Positions 9,255 through 19,084 are shown, numbered from the stretch's first letter. The stretch: DNA of 39,785 nt from Akkermansiaceae bacterium (GCA_022425785.1 JAKMEV010000241.1:1-39785); one strand, 5' to 3'. The notes: generated from the sequence alone by a model not told the origin. Numbers and translations are program-made.

Positions 9255-10250
9255 ATGAAATTCTTTCTCACCCTGTTCCTTTTGGCCCAAGCATTCGCCA
9301 AACCTCTCGTGATCACCGGCACCACCGAACCTTTCTCCGTCGTTTTCGACAAAGACGGGGCTCTCCTCGGCGTGGAATACGAAAAAGGCAACCGCGTCTT
9401 CCGCTACCAGAGTGGCAAACTCACCTTCATCGCCGGATCGCAATCACCCGGCGGGCAAAAACTTGGCGACGTCTCCGAGGGCGACGGCGGTCTCGCCTCC
9501 AAAGGTCGCTTCAACGGCATGCACGACCTCGCCCTCCATCCCGACGGTCGACTCTTCCTCGCCGATACCTTCAACCGGCGAATCCGCGTCATCGACACCA
9601 AAACCAGCAAACTTTCCACCCTCAAATTCACCGGCCCCCCGCTCAAAAGCCCCTATACTGTCTCCATCAATCCCAAGGGAACCCACCTCCTCATCGCCGA
9701 TCTGAAAAACTACCAAATCCGCGAAATCGATCTCAAATCCATGCTCATCCGCACCGTGGCAGGAAATGGAAAACGCGGCAAGCCCACCGACGGCGGGAAG
9801 GCCACCAAGTCGCCCCTCTACGGACCTCGTGCCGCCGTCTACGGAGCCGATGGCTCAATCTACATCGCCTCCCGCGAAGGCCATGCCCTCCGCCACGTTG
9901 ACCTCAAGGGTCGCATCCATACTCTCGTCAACACCTCAGGAAAAAAAGGCTACTCCGGCGACAACGGCCCCGGACCGCAAGCCAAACTCAAGGGCCCTAA
10001 GCATCTCGCTCTCGACCCCGAAGGCAACATCGTCATCAGCGACGACAATAACCACTGCCTCCGCCTCTACAAAGTGAAGGAGAAAACGATCCACCTCCTC
10101 GCCGGCTCTCCCGGCAAAGCCGGGAAGACCCTCGGCGACTCACCTCTCACCACAAAAATCAATCGCCCTCACGGCGCCCGCTACGATTCCAAAGGCGGAC
10201 TCTGGATCGCCGATTCCATGAACCACCGTCTTCTTCACTTTCCAAAATGA
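9255..10250 (+). CDS. NHL-repeat six-bladed beta-propeller protein, secreted
   Basis: I place the start at ATG 9255 (MKFFLTLFLLAQAFA signal peptide). The track's upstream extension from 9051 looks non-coding. NHL-like blade ends recur: FNRRIRVID, KNYQIREID, GHALRHVD, NNHCLRLY, MNHRLLHF. Confidence 0.8.
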   Translation: MKFFLTLFLLAQAFAKPLVITGTTEPFSVVFDKDGALLGVEYEKGNRVFRYQSGKLTFIAGSQSPGGQKLGDVSEGDGGLASKGRFNGMHDLALHPDGRLFLADTFNRRIRVIDTKTSKLSTLKFTGPPLKSPYTVSINPKGTHLLIADLKNYQIREIDLKSMLIRTVAGNGKRGKPTDGGKATKSPLYGPRAAVYGADGSIYIASREGHALRHVDLKGRIHTLVNTSGKKGYSGDNGPGPQAKLKGPKHLALDPEGNIVISDDNNHCLRLYKVKEKTIHLLAGSPGKAGKTLGDSPLTTKINRPHGARYDSKGGLWIADSMNHRLLHFPK

Positions 10251-11458
10251 ACCTAAAAATTAGTCTCCTCTTCGCCTGCTTCACGACATCCCTCCTCGCC
10301 GACAATTGGCCCGGTTGGCGTGGCCCAGGCGGCGATGGCATTTGCCTCGATAAGAAAGCCCCCCTCTCCTGGACGCTCGAAAAAGATCTCAAATGGAAGA
10401 CCAATATCCCTGGCATCGGCCACGCCTCGCCCATCATTTGGGACGACGCCATTTTTCTCGTTTCCGCCGATGAAGACTCCGGCGAGCGCCTCCTCCTCAA
10501 GCTCGATCGCAAGACCGGGAAATCACTTTGGCAGCAAACAGTCCTCAAATCACCCATCGAAAAGATCCACCGCAAAAACAGCCGCGCTTCCAGCACTCCC
10601 GCCACCGATGGAAAGCTAGTCTATGTCTCCTTCCTCGATAAAGAGGACATGTTCGTCGCCGCCTACGACTTCGATGGCAAAAAAGTCTGGGAAGTTCGTC
10701 CCGGTATTTTCTCAAGCCGCCACGGCTATTGCTCCAGCCCGATTCTTTGGAAAGACAAGATCATCGTCAATGGCGATCACGACGGCGACGCCTACCTCGT
10801 CGGCCTCGACAAAAAGACCGGCAAGACGATTTGGAAAACACCGCGTCCAAACAAAACCCGCAGCTACTGCACACCCATCATCCGCACTATTGAAGGCCGA
10901 AACCAATTGGTCATTTCCGGGAGCAAATGCGTCGCCTCCTACGATCCCGATACCGGCAAACAGCACTGGATCATCGACGGACCCACCGAGCAATACGTCG
11001 CCTCCCCGGTTTACGACGGGAAATACATCTACATGACCTGCGGCTTTCCGACCCTTCACATGATGGCCATCGACCCAACCGGCAGCGGCAACGTCACCGA
11101 CACCCACGTCGTCTGGCACACTCGCAGAGACCCATCCTACGTCCCCAGCCCCGTCGTCACCAACGGCTACTACCTCGTGGTCTCCGACAAAGGAACCGGC
11201 TCCTGTTACCAGGCCCAAAAAGGCGAACGCCTCTGGAAACAAAAGATCGGCCGCGAACACTCCGCCTCCCTCGTCGTAATGCAAGATCACGTCATCTTTG
11301 GGTCCGAAAAGGGTATCATCACCGTTGTCAAACCCGACGCGGAATACAAACAAACCGCCCAAATGTCTCTCGGTGAAGACCTCTCCGCCTCCCCCGTAAT
11401 CGTCAACGGCCAATGGTTTCTCCGGGGAGAGGAGCATCTATTTTGTATTGGAAACTGA
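10247..11458 (+). CDS. PQQ-like beta-propeller repeat protein, secreted
   Basis: An ATGA start/stop overlap with the NHL gene indicates translational coupling. N-terminal motif DNWPGWRGPGGDG. It is a paralogue of 4329..5582. Confidence 0.85.
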   Translation: MNLKISLLFACFTTSLLADNWPGWRGPGGDGICLDKKAPLSWTLEKDLKWKTNIPGIGHASPIIWDDAIFLVSADEDSGERLLLKLDRKTGKSLWQQTVLKSPIEKIHRKNSRASSTPATDGKLVYVSFLDKEDMFVAAYDFDGKKVWEVRPGIFSSRHGYCSSPILWKDKIIVNGDHDGDAYLVGLDKKTGKTIWKTPRPNKTRSYCTPIIRTIEGRNQLVISGSKCVASYDPDTGKQHWIIDGPTEQYVASPVYDGKYIYMTCGFPTLHMMAIDPTGSGNVTDTHVVWHTRRDPSYVPSPVVTNGYYLVVSDKGTGSCYQAQKGERLWKQKIGREHSASLVVMQDHVIFGSEKGIITVVKPDAEYKQTAQMSLGEDLSASPVIVNGQWFLRGEEHLFCIGN

Positions 11459-11621
11459 TCGGAAAAAGGCGCAACAATCCTTTCCGACCACTGGATAAGC
11501 CAGAATCTCACCAGCTGTCATATATCTCTATATCGTTGCGATCTTCACTAAAAGAAAACCCTAATCACTTGAGTTCCATCTTGTGAGATAGCCACAAAGG
11601 TGTTTTATTATCTTCCCCTTC

Positions 11622-13847
11622 ATGAAAAACACTCGACATAAAATCCTCTCACTCGGGTTCTTAGCAACACTGCCCGCAACAACCCAAGGCTCCCAAATCA
11701 CTTGGGGCACAGCCTTCTCAATCGCCGCTCCGGAAGACATTTCGAATCCCCCGGGAAGCATCATTCACGAGGCACTCGACTTCAACAGTGCCACGGGGGC
11801 AGGTGCGGGAGACGATCTCATGATCAACGGCATCACCTTCACAATCTCAGCAGCGGCAGGGACCGGAAATATTCTCACCAGCATGACCACTGGACCGACT
11901 CACGGGACCGGTTTCTTCACGGGCGCTACGGGCGATACCGATTTAGACACCCTTCTCGACAGCCATGCCTATACCGGAGCGAACCCTGCTGAAATCACCC
12001 TGACCATCAATGGTCTGCAAGCAGGAACAAACTACCAAGTGCAGCTCATCGGAGTCGCCGACGCGCGGGGCTGCTGCGCAGGCCGGACCTACGAACCCGA
12101 TGACGGGTTGGGGAACTTCAACACCGGAATTGAAATGCCGCGAGGCGACTTTGCCAGCGTTTTAGGAACCTTCACTGCCGACGCCATTAACCAAAACATC
12201 CTCTGGAGATCTCTTGGCGGCTTAGCGGGCAATAGTGACGCCGGGTTTTCCGGGATCGTCGTGATCGAAATGCCCGATTCCGAGGACAACGATTTGGACG
12301 GACTCACGAACAGCTGGGAAAATCTTCACGGCCTAAATCCCAACAACAATGACTCCGACGGGGATCTGATCCTCGATGGTGACGAAGACGAAGACAATGA
12401 TGGCCTCGACAACCTTGGGGAACAGGCTGCCGGGACCGATCCAGCAGACGAGGACACCGATGATGACACCCTTCTGGATGGTGACGAAACAAACACCGGA
12501 ATCTGGAATGGCACCTCAGACACCGGCACCCATCCTCTCATTGGAGATTCCGATGGCGACAGCCTCTCCGATGGCGTCGAAAATCCCGACCTTCCCTTCG
12601 TCGATGTAAACCAAACGGGCTCCAACCCTAACGTTACCGATACTGATAGCGATAACCTTCCCGACGACGTGGAAGTTGGCATTGGCTACAATCCAAACGA
12701 CGATGATACAGACGACAACCTGACCCTCGACAGGGATGAGGACTTCGACTCTGATGGTTCTACCAACGGCAGCGAACTCGCCAATGGCACCGACATTGCC
12801 GACGACGACTCCGATGATGATGGCTACCTCGACGGTGTCGAAACCAACACTGGAGCTTGGGTGAGTGCGACCAATACCGGAACAAATCCTCTCGACAATG
12901 ACACCGATAACGACGGACTCCTTGACGGTGTTGAAAATCCTGACCTTCTCTTTGTCGATGCCAACCAAACCGGCACCAACCCTCATCTCTGGGATACCGA
13001 CAACGATCTCCGCAGCGACGGATTTGAAATCACCGAAGGCTCAGACCCGACCAATGCAGATGACTTCACCGCTCTTCCTGCGGTCTCATTACGACCTGGC
13101 CTCATCGGCGGCGACCTCACCGACCCTGAAAACGACGGCATCGATACCGAAGATACCGCTGGCACCAACTTCAACTGGGTCAGCATCACTTCCAGTTCAA
13201 AATCCTTCTTCACCGATGCGACTGCGGGTGGCTCGAACGAAGGAGCCTTCGATGTCTTCGACAACAACGTTGGACCAGGCCACTTCAAATGGTGCTGCGA
13301 CGCTCCGCCTCAGGACCTCACCGTAGAATTCGAAGATCCCATCTCCATCACTCACTTTACCCTGACTTCCAGCAACGACTCCCCGCTTCGCGACCCAGTC
13401 GAATGGGAAATTCAGGGATCTGACGACGGTATAGATTTCACCCCTATTTATCGCAGCACGAACCCGGCAATTTGGACTGCCCGTAATCAAACCGCCCTCT
13501 TTCTCCTCGAGACACCAGCGGTAAGCTACAAGTTTATCCGTTACCAGGTCAACACCACGGGCAACGGCCTGAACCACGCTCTGGGTGAAATCGAGTACTT
13601 CGGCGACGCCGGCACCACTCCGCTGGAAGTCACGGACATCAGTTACAATACAGACACGAATCGAGTGACCCTCGTTTGGACCTCCAAGCCTGGAAGGACC
13701 TACACTGTCTTCACGAACACCGACCTGGGTGTCTTCGATGCTGATGTAAACGATTCCGTTCCTTCTGGCGGAGATCTCACCACCTATGAATTCCCTGATC
13801 CCAACCCCGGGTCTGACCAACAATTCTTCAAGGTCGTCGAAAACTAA
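11622..13847 (+). CDS. Large secreted surface protein: unassigned N-terminal 'RxCC' domain, TSP3-type Ca-binding repeats, F5/8 type C (discoidin) domain and the recurrent C-terminal module
   Basis: Signal peptide. The N-terminal domain (~11690-12280) contains LDSHAYTG and NYQVQLIGVADARGCC. D/N-rich TSP3 repeats (~12290-13060) include an internal duplication. The discoidin-like region (~13160-13620) reads FKWCCDAPPQDLTVEF...VEWEIQGSDDG...YKFIRYQV...LGEIEYFG. The C-terminus ends ..TYTVFTNTDL...QQFFKVVEN. Confidence 0.85.
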   Translation: MKNTRHKILSLGFLATLPATTQGSQITWGTAFSIAAPEDISNPPGSIIHEALDFNSATGAGAGDDLMINGITFTISAAAGTGNILTSMTTGPTHGTGFFTGATGDTDLDTLLDSHAYTGANPAEITLTINGLQAGTNYQVQLIGVADARGCCAGRTYEPDDGLGNFNTGIEMPRGDFASVLGTFTADAINQNILWRSLGGLAGNSDAGFSGIVVIEMPDSEDNDLDGLTNSWENLHGLNPNNNDSDGDLILDGDEDEDNDGLDNLGEQAAGTDPADEDTDDDTLLDGDETNTGIWNGTSDTGTHPLIGDSDGDSLSDGVENPDLPFVDVNQTGSNPNVTDTDSDNLPDDVEVGIGYNPNDDDTDDNLTLDRDEDFDSDGSTNGSELANGTDIADDDSDDDGYLDGVETNTGAWVSATNTGTNPLDNDTDNDGLLDGVENPDLLFVDANQTGTNPHLWDTDNDLRSDGFEITEGSDPTNADDFTALPAVSLRPGLIGGDLTDPENDGIDTEDTAGTNFNWVSITSSSKSFFTDATAGGSNEGAFDVFDNNVGPGHFKWCCDAPPQDLTVEFEDPISITHFTLTSSNDSPLRDPVEWEIQGSDDGIDFTPIYRSTNPAIWTARNQTALFLLETPAVSYKFIRYQVNTTGNGLNHALGEIEYFGDAGTTPLEVTDISYNTDTNRVTLVWTSKPGRTYTVFTNTDLGVFDADVNDSVPSGGDLTTYEFPDPNPGSDQQFFKVVEN

Positions 13848-13882
13848 TTACGGTTTTCACCTCCTTTTTCCAAAATCAACCA

Positions 13883-13919
13883 ATCAGCCCTCTCCTAGAG
13901 AGGGCTGATTTTCTCTTTT
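13883..13919 (+). terminator. Rho-independent terminator
   Basis: Perfect 11-bp stem atcagccctct / agagggctgat with a short loop, followed by tttctctttt. It lies 36 nt after the stop at 13847. Confidence 0.8.
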
Positions 13920-13925
13920 GCCATC

Positions 13926-16900
13926 ATGAAAAAACTCCATCCGCGCCATCTTTCACTGGTTCTCATCGCCTCTTTGAACTGCAGCGCCTTATTACTATCT
14001 GCCGCTGAAATCGCCTGGCAACCCACCTTCAATCTTACCAATGCCAATCAGGTGGATACCAACGGAACTCTCGTCAAAGCAGTCAACGCGACAAGCGACG
14101 GAGACAGCACAACCGTAAACATCGGTGGAGAAAACATCCTCTTTGCAGCCGAGGCAATCGCTCCCAGCAATACCAACACGGGAACTTTTTTCACTGGAGG
14201 AGGAGGCGACTCTGGCAATCCCCAACTCAACACCGTCCTCAACAGCCACTCCTATGCCGGAGGTGGATGGACTTTCCAACTTACCGGACTCACCGGAGGT
14301 GCAGACTATCAAATTCAACTCATTGGGGCAGCCGACACCCGGGGCTGTTGTTCCTCCCGGAATCAACGGGCCGGCGACGACGAATCACCCGAGAATGTCA
14401 GCGACGATTTCTCCCGCAGCGGAGTAGGCTCGGTCATCGGAACCTTCACCGCCGGCGGAACCAACCAAACGATCAACCTCCTCGGCGGGGTCAACAACGG
14501 AGTGGATCCCGGCCTCAGCGCCTACATTCTCCGCGCCACCGCACCACCCACTCCCCAGCCGCCCACCGATATCGCACTCAGCAATACCGACCTCGCACCA
14601 GACTCTGCCGCAGGTACTCTCGTCGGAGCACTAACTACTTCCGACCCCAACGGTGATAACAACCACAGCTATAGCTTCGTCGACACCGGAAATTTCCCTG
14701 ACAACAACCTCTTCACCATCGCCAACGGTGATCAGCTCCGCGCCGATTCCGCTCTCGGTAGCTTCGGTGCGAGCTACTCGATCCGTCTCCGCACGACCGA
14801 CTCCGACACTCTTACTTACGAAGAAACGTTCACCCTCAGTGTCGAAGCGGCCATGGCACCCACTGCACTCTTCTTCCCGTCAAATACCGTTCTCCTCGGC
14901 ACTCCTTCCGGATCAACCATCGCCGACTTCGCCACCGAGGATCCCAATACAGCCGACGCTCACAGCTATCAGCTTGTCTCCGGTGCAGGTGATACCGATA
15001 ATGCCTCCTTCACGATCTCCGGCAACACTCTCCAAACCGCCGCCGCCCTCCCCGGCCTCGGGTCCATGCTCAATTTCCGCGTCCGCAGCACCGACCTCTC
15101 CGGACTTTCCATCGAACAAACCTTCACCCTCACTGTCGTGGGAAACTCACTTCGCATTAACGAATTCCTCGCCAACCCCAACGCCTCCAGCCTTCAGGAC
15201 GAAGATGGCGAAACCTCGGACTGGGTCGAACTTCACAATCCCGATGGAGGATCGATCAGTCTCAATGGATACTACCTCACCGATGACCCGGACCAATTGA
15301 CCAAGTGGCAGTTCCCCAACGTCTCGATTTCCGGAAACGGCTACCTCCTCATCTTCGCCTCTGGCAAAGACCGCCGTCCCACCAATGGCGACGAACTCCA
15401 CAGCAACTTCAGCCTCTCCGCCAATGGAGAATACCTCGCCTTGGTCAGCCCGGATGGCAGCACCGTCCTTTCGGAATTCGGCACCTCCACCACCGACTAC
15501 CCCAGCCAACAAGGCAACGTCTCCTACGGATTCTTCGGCGACCCACTCCAGGTCGGCTTCCTTCTCAATCCGACCCCGGACGAATCCAACGCCACCGGAA
15601 ACGGCGTCTCCGGCTTTGTCGCCGACACCGACTTCGGCGTCTCACGCGGCGTATTCGGTAGCCCCTTTTCTCTAACCATCACCACCGCCACCGCCGGAGC
15701 CTCCATCCGCTACACCACCGACGGAAGCTGGCCCAGCGAGACCAATGGCACCATCTACACTGGCCCCATCTCCGTGAATCGCTCCATGGCAGTCAAAGCC
15801 ATCGGCTACCGCTCCGGCTACGTCTCGACCAACATCGATACCCACACCTACATCATCCCGAGCACCGTGCTCGATCAGACTTCTGCCAATACCCAAAGCC
15901 TCTATGGTCTCCCTTCAAGTTGGGACGGACAATCTCCCTACTACGGCATGAACAACAATTCCAATGCCAACCCCGATACACACCCCACCATGGAGGATGA
16001 CCTCACCACTGTCCCCAGCCTTTCGATCGCGATGGATGTTGACGACATGTTCGGCTCCTCCGGGATCTACTCCAATCCTGGTTCATCCGGCTCCTCGTGG
16101 GAGCGCAAAACATCTCTCGAACTCGTTGATCCCGAGGACCCCACTGGAGACAGCAACTTCCAACAAAACTGCGCCATCAGGATCCAAGGCGGCGCCTTCC
16201 GAAGCTTTGGCCTCACTCGCAAGAAGTCCTTCCGTGTCCTCTTTAAATCGGAATACGGCACCAGCAACCAACCCACCGACGGTCCTGGATCGCTCAAGTT
16301 CCCTCTCTTCGGCACCGAACCCGGAGTCGCCCAGGAATTCCAAACTCTCGTTTTCCGTATGGAATCAAACGACGGCTGGCAATGGTCCGGCGCAGGAAGC
16401 CAACCACAATACGCTCGCGATGAATTTGGCCGCCGCACCCAGCTCGCCCTCGGGCACCCCGCCCCTCACGGTCGCTACCTCCACGTCTATATCAATGGCG
16501 TTTACTGGGGACTCTACAACATCGTCGAACGTCCCGACTCCAGCTTCGCCGAAAGCTACGTCGAAGACGCCGTCCGTGAAGAATGGGAAGGGCAAAACTC
16601 CGGCACCCCCATCAACAGCTCCACCAACCTCAACAACTGGAACAGCCTCCTTTCCGCCGTCAATGACATCTCCGGCACCAACCTTCAACGCGACGCCGCT
16701 TTCTTAAAAGCCTGCGGATTCAACCCCGACGGCACCCGCAATGCCAGCTTCCCCGTCTGGTGCGATCCTTCCAACAATGCCGATTACTTCATCACCAATT
16801 GGTATGGTGGCAACAGCGACTGGCCTAACAAAAACTACTACGGCGGCATTCAGTCCCAGGCTCCGCGTCACGGCTACAAGTACTTCATGTGGGATTCCGA

Positions 16901-19073
16901 ATGGTCCCTCTTCCTTCGTTCCAACACAAACTACAACCGCATTACCAACTACAACGGCATCGCCGCCGCCAACGACCGATTGCAAGACAGCCCGGAATTC
17001 CGCCTTCGCTTCGGTGACCGGGTCCACCGTGCCTTTTTCAATAACGGACCTCTCACTCCCGCCGCGGCCCTGGCCCGCTACCAAGAAGTCACCGCCGATC
17101 ACCGGAGCATCCTCAACCCCGAAGCAGCACGCTGGGGAGATCAACATGGCGGCAACCGCTCCCTCAGCGACTGGGAGGGCGAATACAATCGAATCGTCAG
17201 TGACTGGTTCCCCGACCGGCCGGATCTCTTCTTAAGCAGCCTCCGCTCGGCCAACCTCTACCCTAATCTTGCCGCACCGACCTACAGTCAGCATGGCGGC
17301 TCCATCCCTGCCGGCTCCGGTCCTTCTTTCATCACCCCGACCACCGTAGACAAAGTCTACTACATCTTCGGGGATGGTGACAATGACCTCACCGACTACG
17401 CGCACTCCCTCGACCCACGCCTTGTCGGCGGAGGAATTAATCCCTCTGCTAGTTTGGTTACCTTGGGAGACGGCGGTGGAGTCGGTGGCCCCACCACCAC
17501 CCGCTATATTGAAAGCGGCCACACTTGGAGTTACCTCGACGACGGTTCCGACCAAGGTACCGCCTGGCGGGGAGTAGGATTCAATGATGCCTCATGGGAT
17601 TCCGGAGCTTCTCCCTTGGGATACGGTGATGGCGATGAAACCACCGAGGTCGATTTTATCGATGTTGATCCCGGCACAAATGGAGATCAAAAAAATGCCA
17701 CCACCTACTTCCGCACCACCATCAATATCGGCGACCCTTCCGCCTTTGAAGCCTTCACTCTAAATTATGTCTACGACGATGGCATTGTCGTCTACGTCAA
17801 CGGCAACCGCGTCGATGGTCAGAACCTGGGAAACAATCCCTCATTCGATGAATACGCTGGAACCAACAGTGATGATAACGACACAGGTTCAATCAGCTTG
17901 TCTCCTAACACCTTCGTCAGCGGCTCCAACACGATTGCCGTCGAAATTCACCAAGCCTCTTCTAGCAGTTCGGACATCAGCTTCGATCTCGACCTCACCG
18001 GCTTCCCCCCCGGCGTGGGCGGTGGTGACACCCACTCATCAAACCCTCTCTCCCTCACCGAACCCGGCTGGCTCTTCTCTCGTTCTTACAATAGCGCCAC
18101 CGGAGAATGGAGTGCGCTCAATACCGCATTCTTCACTCCGGATACCGTGCCAGCTGACGCGAGCAACCTGGTCATCTCCGAAATAAACTATCATCCCGGT
18201 GAACCCTCCACTCCAGGGGAACTGGCAACCTCGACCGATCGCGATGACTACGAGTTTATCGAACTCATGAACGTCAGCACGTCGACCATCGATCTAACCA
18301 ATGTCCGCTTTACCCTCGGCATCACCTTCGCCTTCGCCGAAAACACCCTGATTGCTCCCGGAGGACGTCTGGTTCTGGTTAAAAACAAAGCCGCCTTCGA
18401 CGCCCGCTATCCCGGACTCTCAGGCACTATCAATATCGCCAACGATGTTCTCGGCAGTAATGACTACAGCGGACGCCTCGCCAACGAGGGCGAACAACTC
18501 ATCCTCCTCGATGCCAATGATATCGCGATCCACAACTTCACCTACGACGACGATCTCCCCTGGCCTCTCGCCGACGGTAGTTCGTTTACTCTCGTGCTGA
18601 AATCCCCGGCATTACCCATCCCGGATCACGGCCTCGCTGCCAATTGGATCGGCTCCAACAATCCCAATGGAGCTCCCGGATCAGAAACCGAAGCCGGCTT
18701 TGTCGGTGACAGCACCGCAGACAGTGACGGCGATCGCTATTCCGCCCTTTTTGAGTACGGACTCGGAACCAGCGACCTCCTCTTTGGGGATGCGCAGACA
18801 AAAATCGACGCCTCCTCCACCTCACTCACCGTAGGCGAAGAAACCGATGACTATTACGTGATCACCTTCGAGAGAAACCTCTACACGCAAAATGCCGTTA
18901 CGCTGGTTCCACAACTCTCATACGACCTGGTCACCTGGGATACCGAAACCGCGTTGGTCTTCCTCTCCGAGAGCGACAACCTCGATGGCACCGCGACCGT
19001 CTCCTACCGTAGCGCCTCGCCCTTGAGCATTAAGATTCAGGCCTTCGTCAGACTCATGGCAACCCAGCAGTAG
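13926..19073 (+). CDS. Giant secreted CotH-family protein (1715 aa) with two lamin-tail domains, cadherin-like repeats and accessory beta-sandwich modules
   Basis: Modules in order. Signal peptide. N-terminal 'RxCC' domain (ADYQIQLIGAADTRGCC, ~14005-14540). Two cadherin-like repeats (HSYSFVDTG.., HSYQLVSGAGDTDNASFTISGNTL; ~14560-15140). LTD 1 (LRINEFLANP...SDWVELHNP...YYLTDD, ~15147-15480). A CHB_HEX_C-like module (ASIRYTTDGS...AVKAIGYRSG). The CotH core (~16020-17270: CAIRIQGGAFRSF..KKSFRVLFK...RDEFGRR...YLHVYINGVYWGLYNIVERPD). A jelly-roll module (WSYLDDGSDQGTAWRG...DDGIVVYVNGNRV...AVEIHQ). LTD 2 (LVISEINYHP...YEFIELMN, ~18168-18600). A TSP3 motif and the C-terminal module. Confidence 0.9.
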   Translation: MKKLHPRHLSLVLIASLNCSALLLSAAEIAWQPTFNLTNANQVDTNGTLVKAVNATSDGDSTTVNIGGENILFAAEAIAPSNTNTGTFFTGGGGDSGNPQLNTVLNSHSYAGGGWTFQLTGLTGGADYQIQLIGAADTRGCCSSRNQRAGDDESPENVSDDFSRSGVGSVIGTFTAGGTNQTINLLGGVNNGVDPGLSAYILRATAPPTPQPPTDIALSNTDLAPDSAAGTLVGALTTSDPNGDNNHSYSFVDTGNFPDNNLFTIANGDQLRADSALGSFGASYSIRLRTTDSDTLTYEETFTLSVEAAMAPTALFFPSNTVLLGTPSGSTIADFATEDPNTADAHSYQLVSGAGDTDNASFTISGNTLQTAAALPGLGSMLNFRVRSTDLSGLSIEQTFTLTVVGNSLRINEFLANPNASSLQDEDGETSDWVELHNPDGGSISLNGYYLTDDPDQLTKWQFPNVSISGNGYLLIFASGKDRRPTNGDELHSNFSLSANGEYLALVSPDGSTVLSEFGTSTTDYPSQQGNVSYGFFGDPLQVGFLLNPTPDESNATGNGVSGFVADTDFGVSRGVFGSPFSLTITTATAGASIRYTTDGSWPSETNGTIYTGPISVNRSMAVKAIGYRSGYVSTNIDTHTYIIPSTVLDQTSANTQSLYGLPSSWDGQSPYYGMNNNSNANPDTHPTMEDDLTTVPSLSIAMDVDDMFGSSGIYSNPGSSGSSWERKTSLELVDPEDPTGDSNFQQNCAIRIQGGAFRSFGLTRKKSFRVLFKSEYGTSNQPTDGPGSLKFPLFGTEPGVAQEFQTLVFRMESNDGWQWSGAGSQPQYARDEFGRRTQLALGHPAPHGRYLHVYINGVYWGLYNIVERPDSSFAESYVEDAVREEWEGQNSGTPINSSTNLNNWNSLLSAVNDISGTNLQRDAAFLKACGFNPDGTRNASFPVWCDPSNNADYFITNWYGGNSDWPNKNYYGGIQSQAPRHGYKYFMWDSEWSLFLRSNTNYNRITNYNGIAAANDRLQDSPEFRLRFGDRVHRAFFNNGPLTPAAALARYQEVTADHRSILNPEAARWGDQHGGNRSLSDWEGEYNRIVSDWFPDRPDLFLSSLRSANLYPNLAAPTYSQHGGSIPAGSGPSFITPTTVDKVYYIFGDGDNDLTDYAHSLDPRLVGGGINPSASLVTLGDGGGVGGPTTTRYIESGHTWSYLDDGSDQGTAWRGVGFNDASWDSGASPLGYGDGDETTEVDFIDVDPGTNGDQKNATTYFRTTINIGDPSAFEAFTLNYVYDDGIVVYVNGNRVDGQNLGNNPSFDEYAGTNSDDNDTGSISLSPNTFVSGSNTIAVEIHQASSSSSDISFDLDLTGFPPGVGGGDTHSSNPLSLTEPGWLFSRSYNSATGEWSALNTAFFTPDTVPADASNLVISEINYHPGEPSTPGELATSTDRDDYEFIELMNVSTSTIDLTNVRFTLGITFAFAENTLIAPGGRLVLVKNKAAFDARYPGLSGTINIANDVLGSNDYSGRLANEGEQLILLDANDIAIHNFTYDDDLPWPLADGSSFTLVLKSPALPIPDHGLAANWIGSNNPNGAPGSETEAGFVGDSTADSDGDRYSALFEYGLGTSDLLFGDAQTKIDASSTSLTVGEETDDYYVITFERNLYTQNAVTLVPQLSYDLVTWDTETALVFLSESDNLDGTATVSYRSASPLSIKIQAFVRLMATQQ

Positions 19074-19084
19074 AACGACGGCAC

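Noticed and set aside
12290-13060. Periodic D/N-rich repetitive DNA that could be mistaken for a repeat array or CRISPR.
   Set aside because: It is in frame and coding (thrombospondin-type-3 Ca-binding repeats). There are no identical direct repeats with unique spacers.
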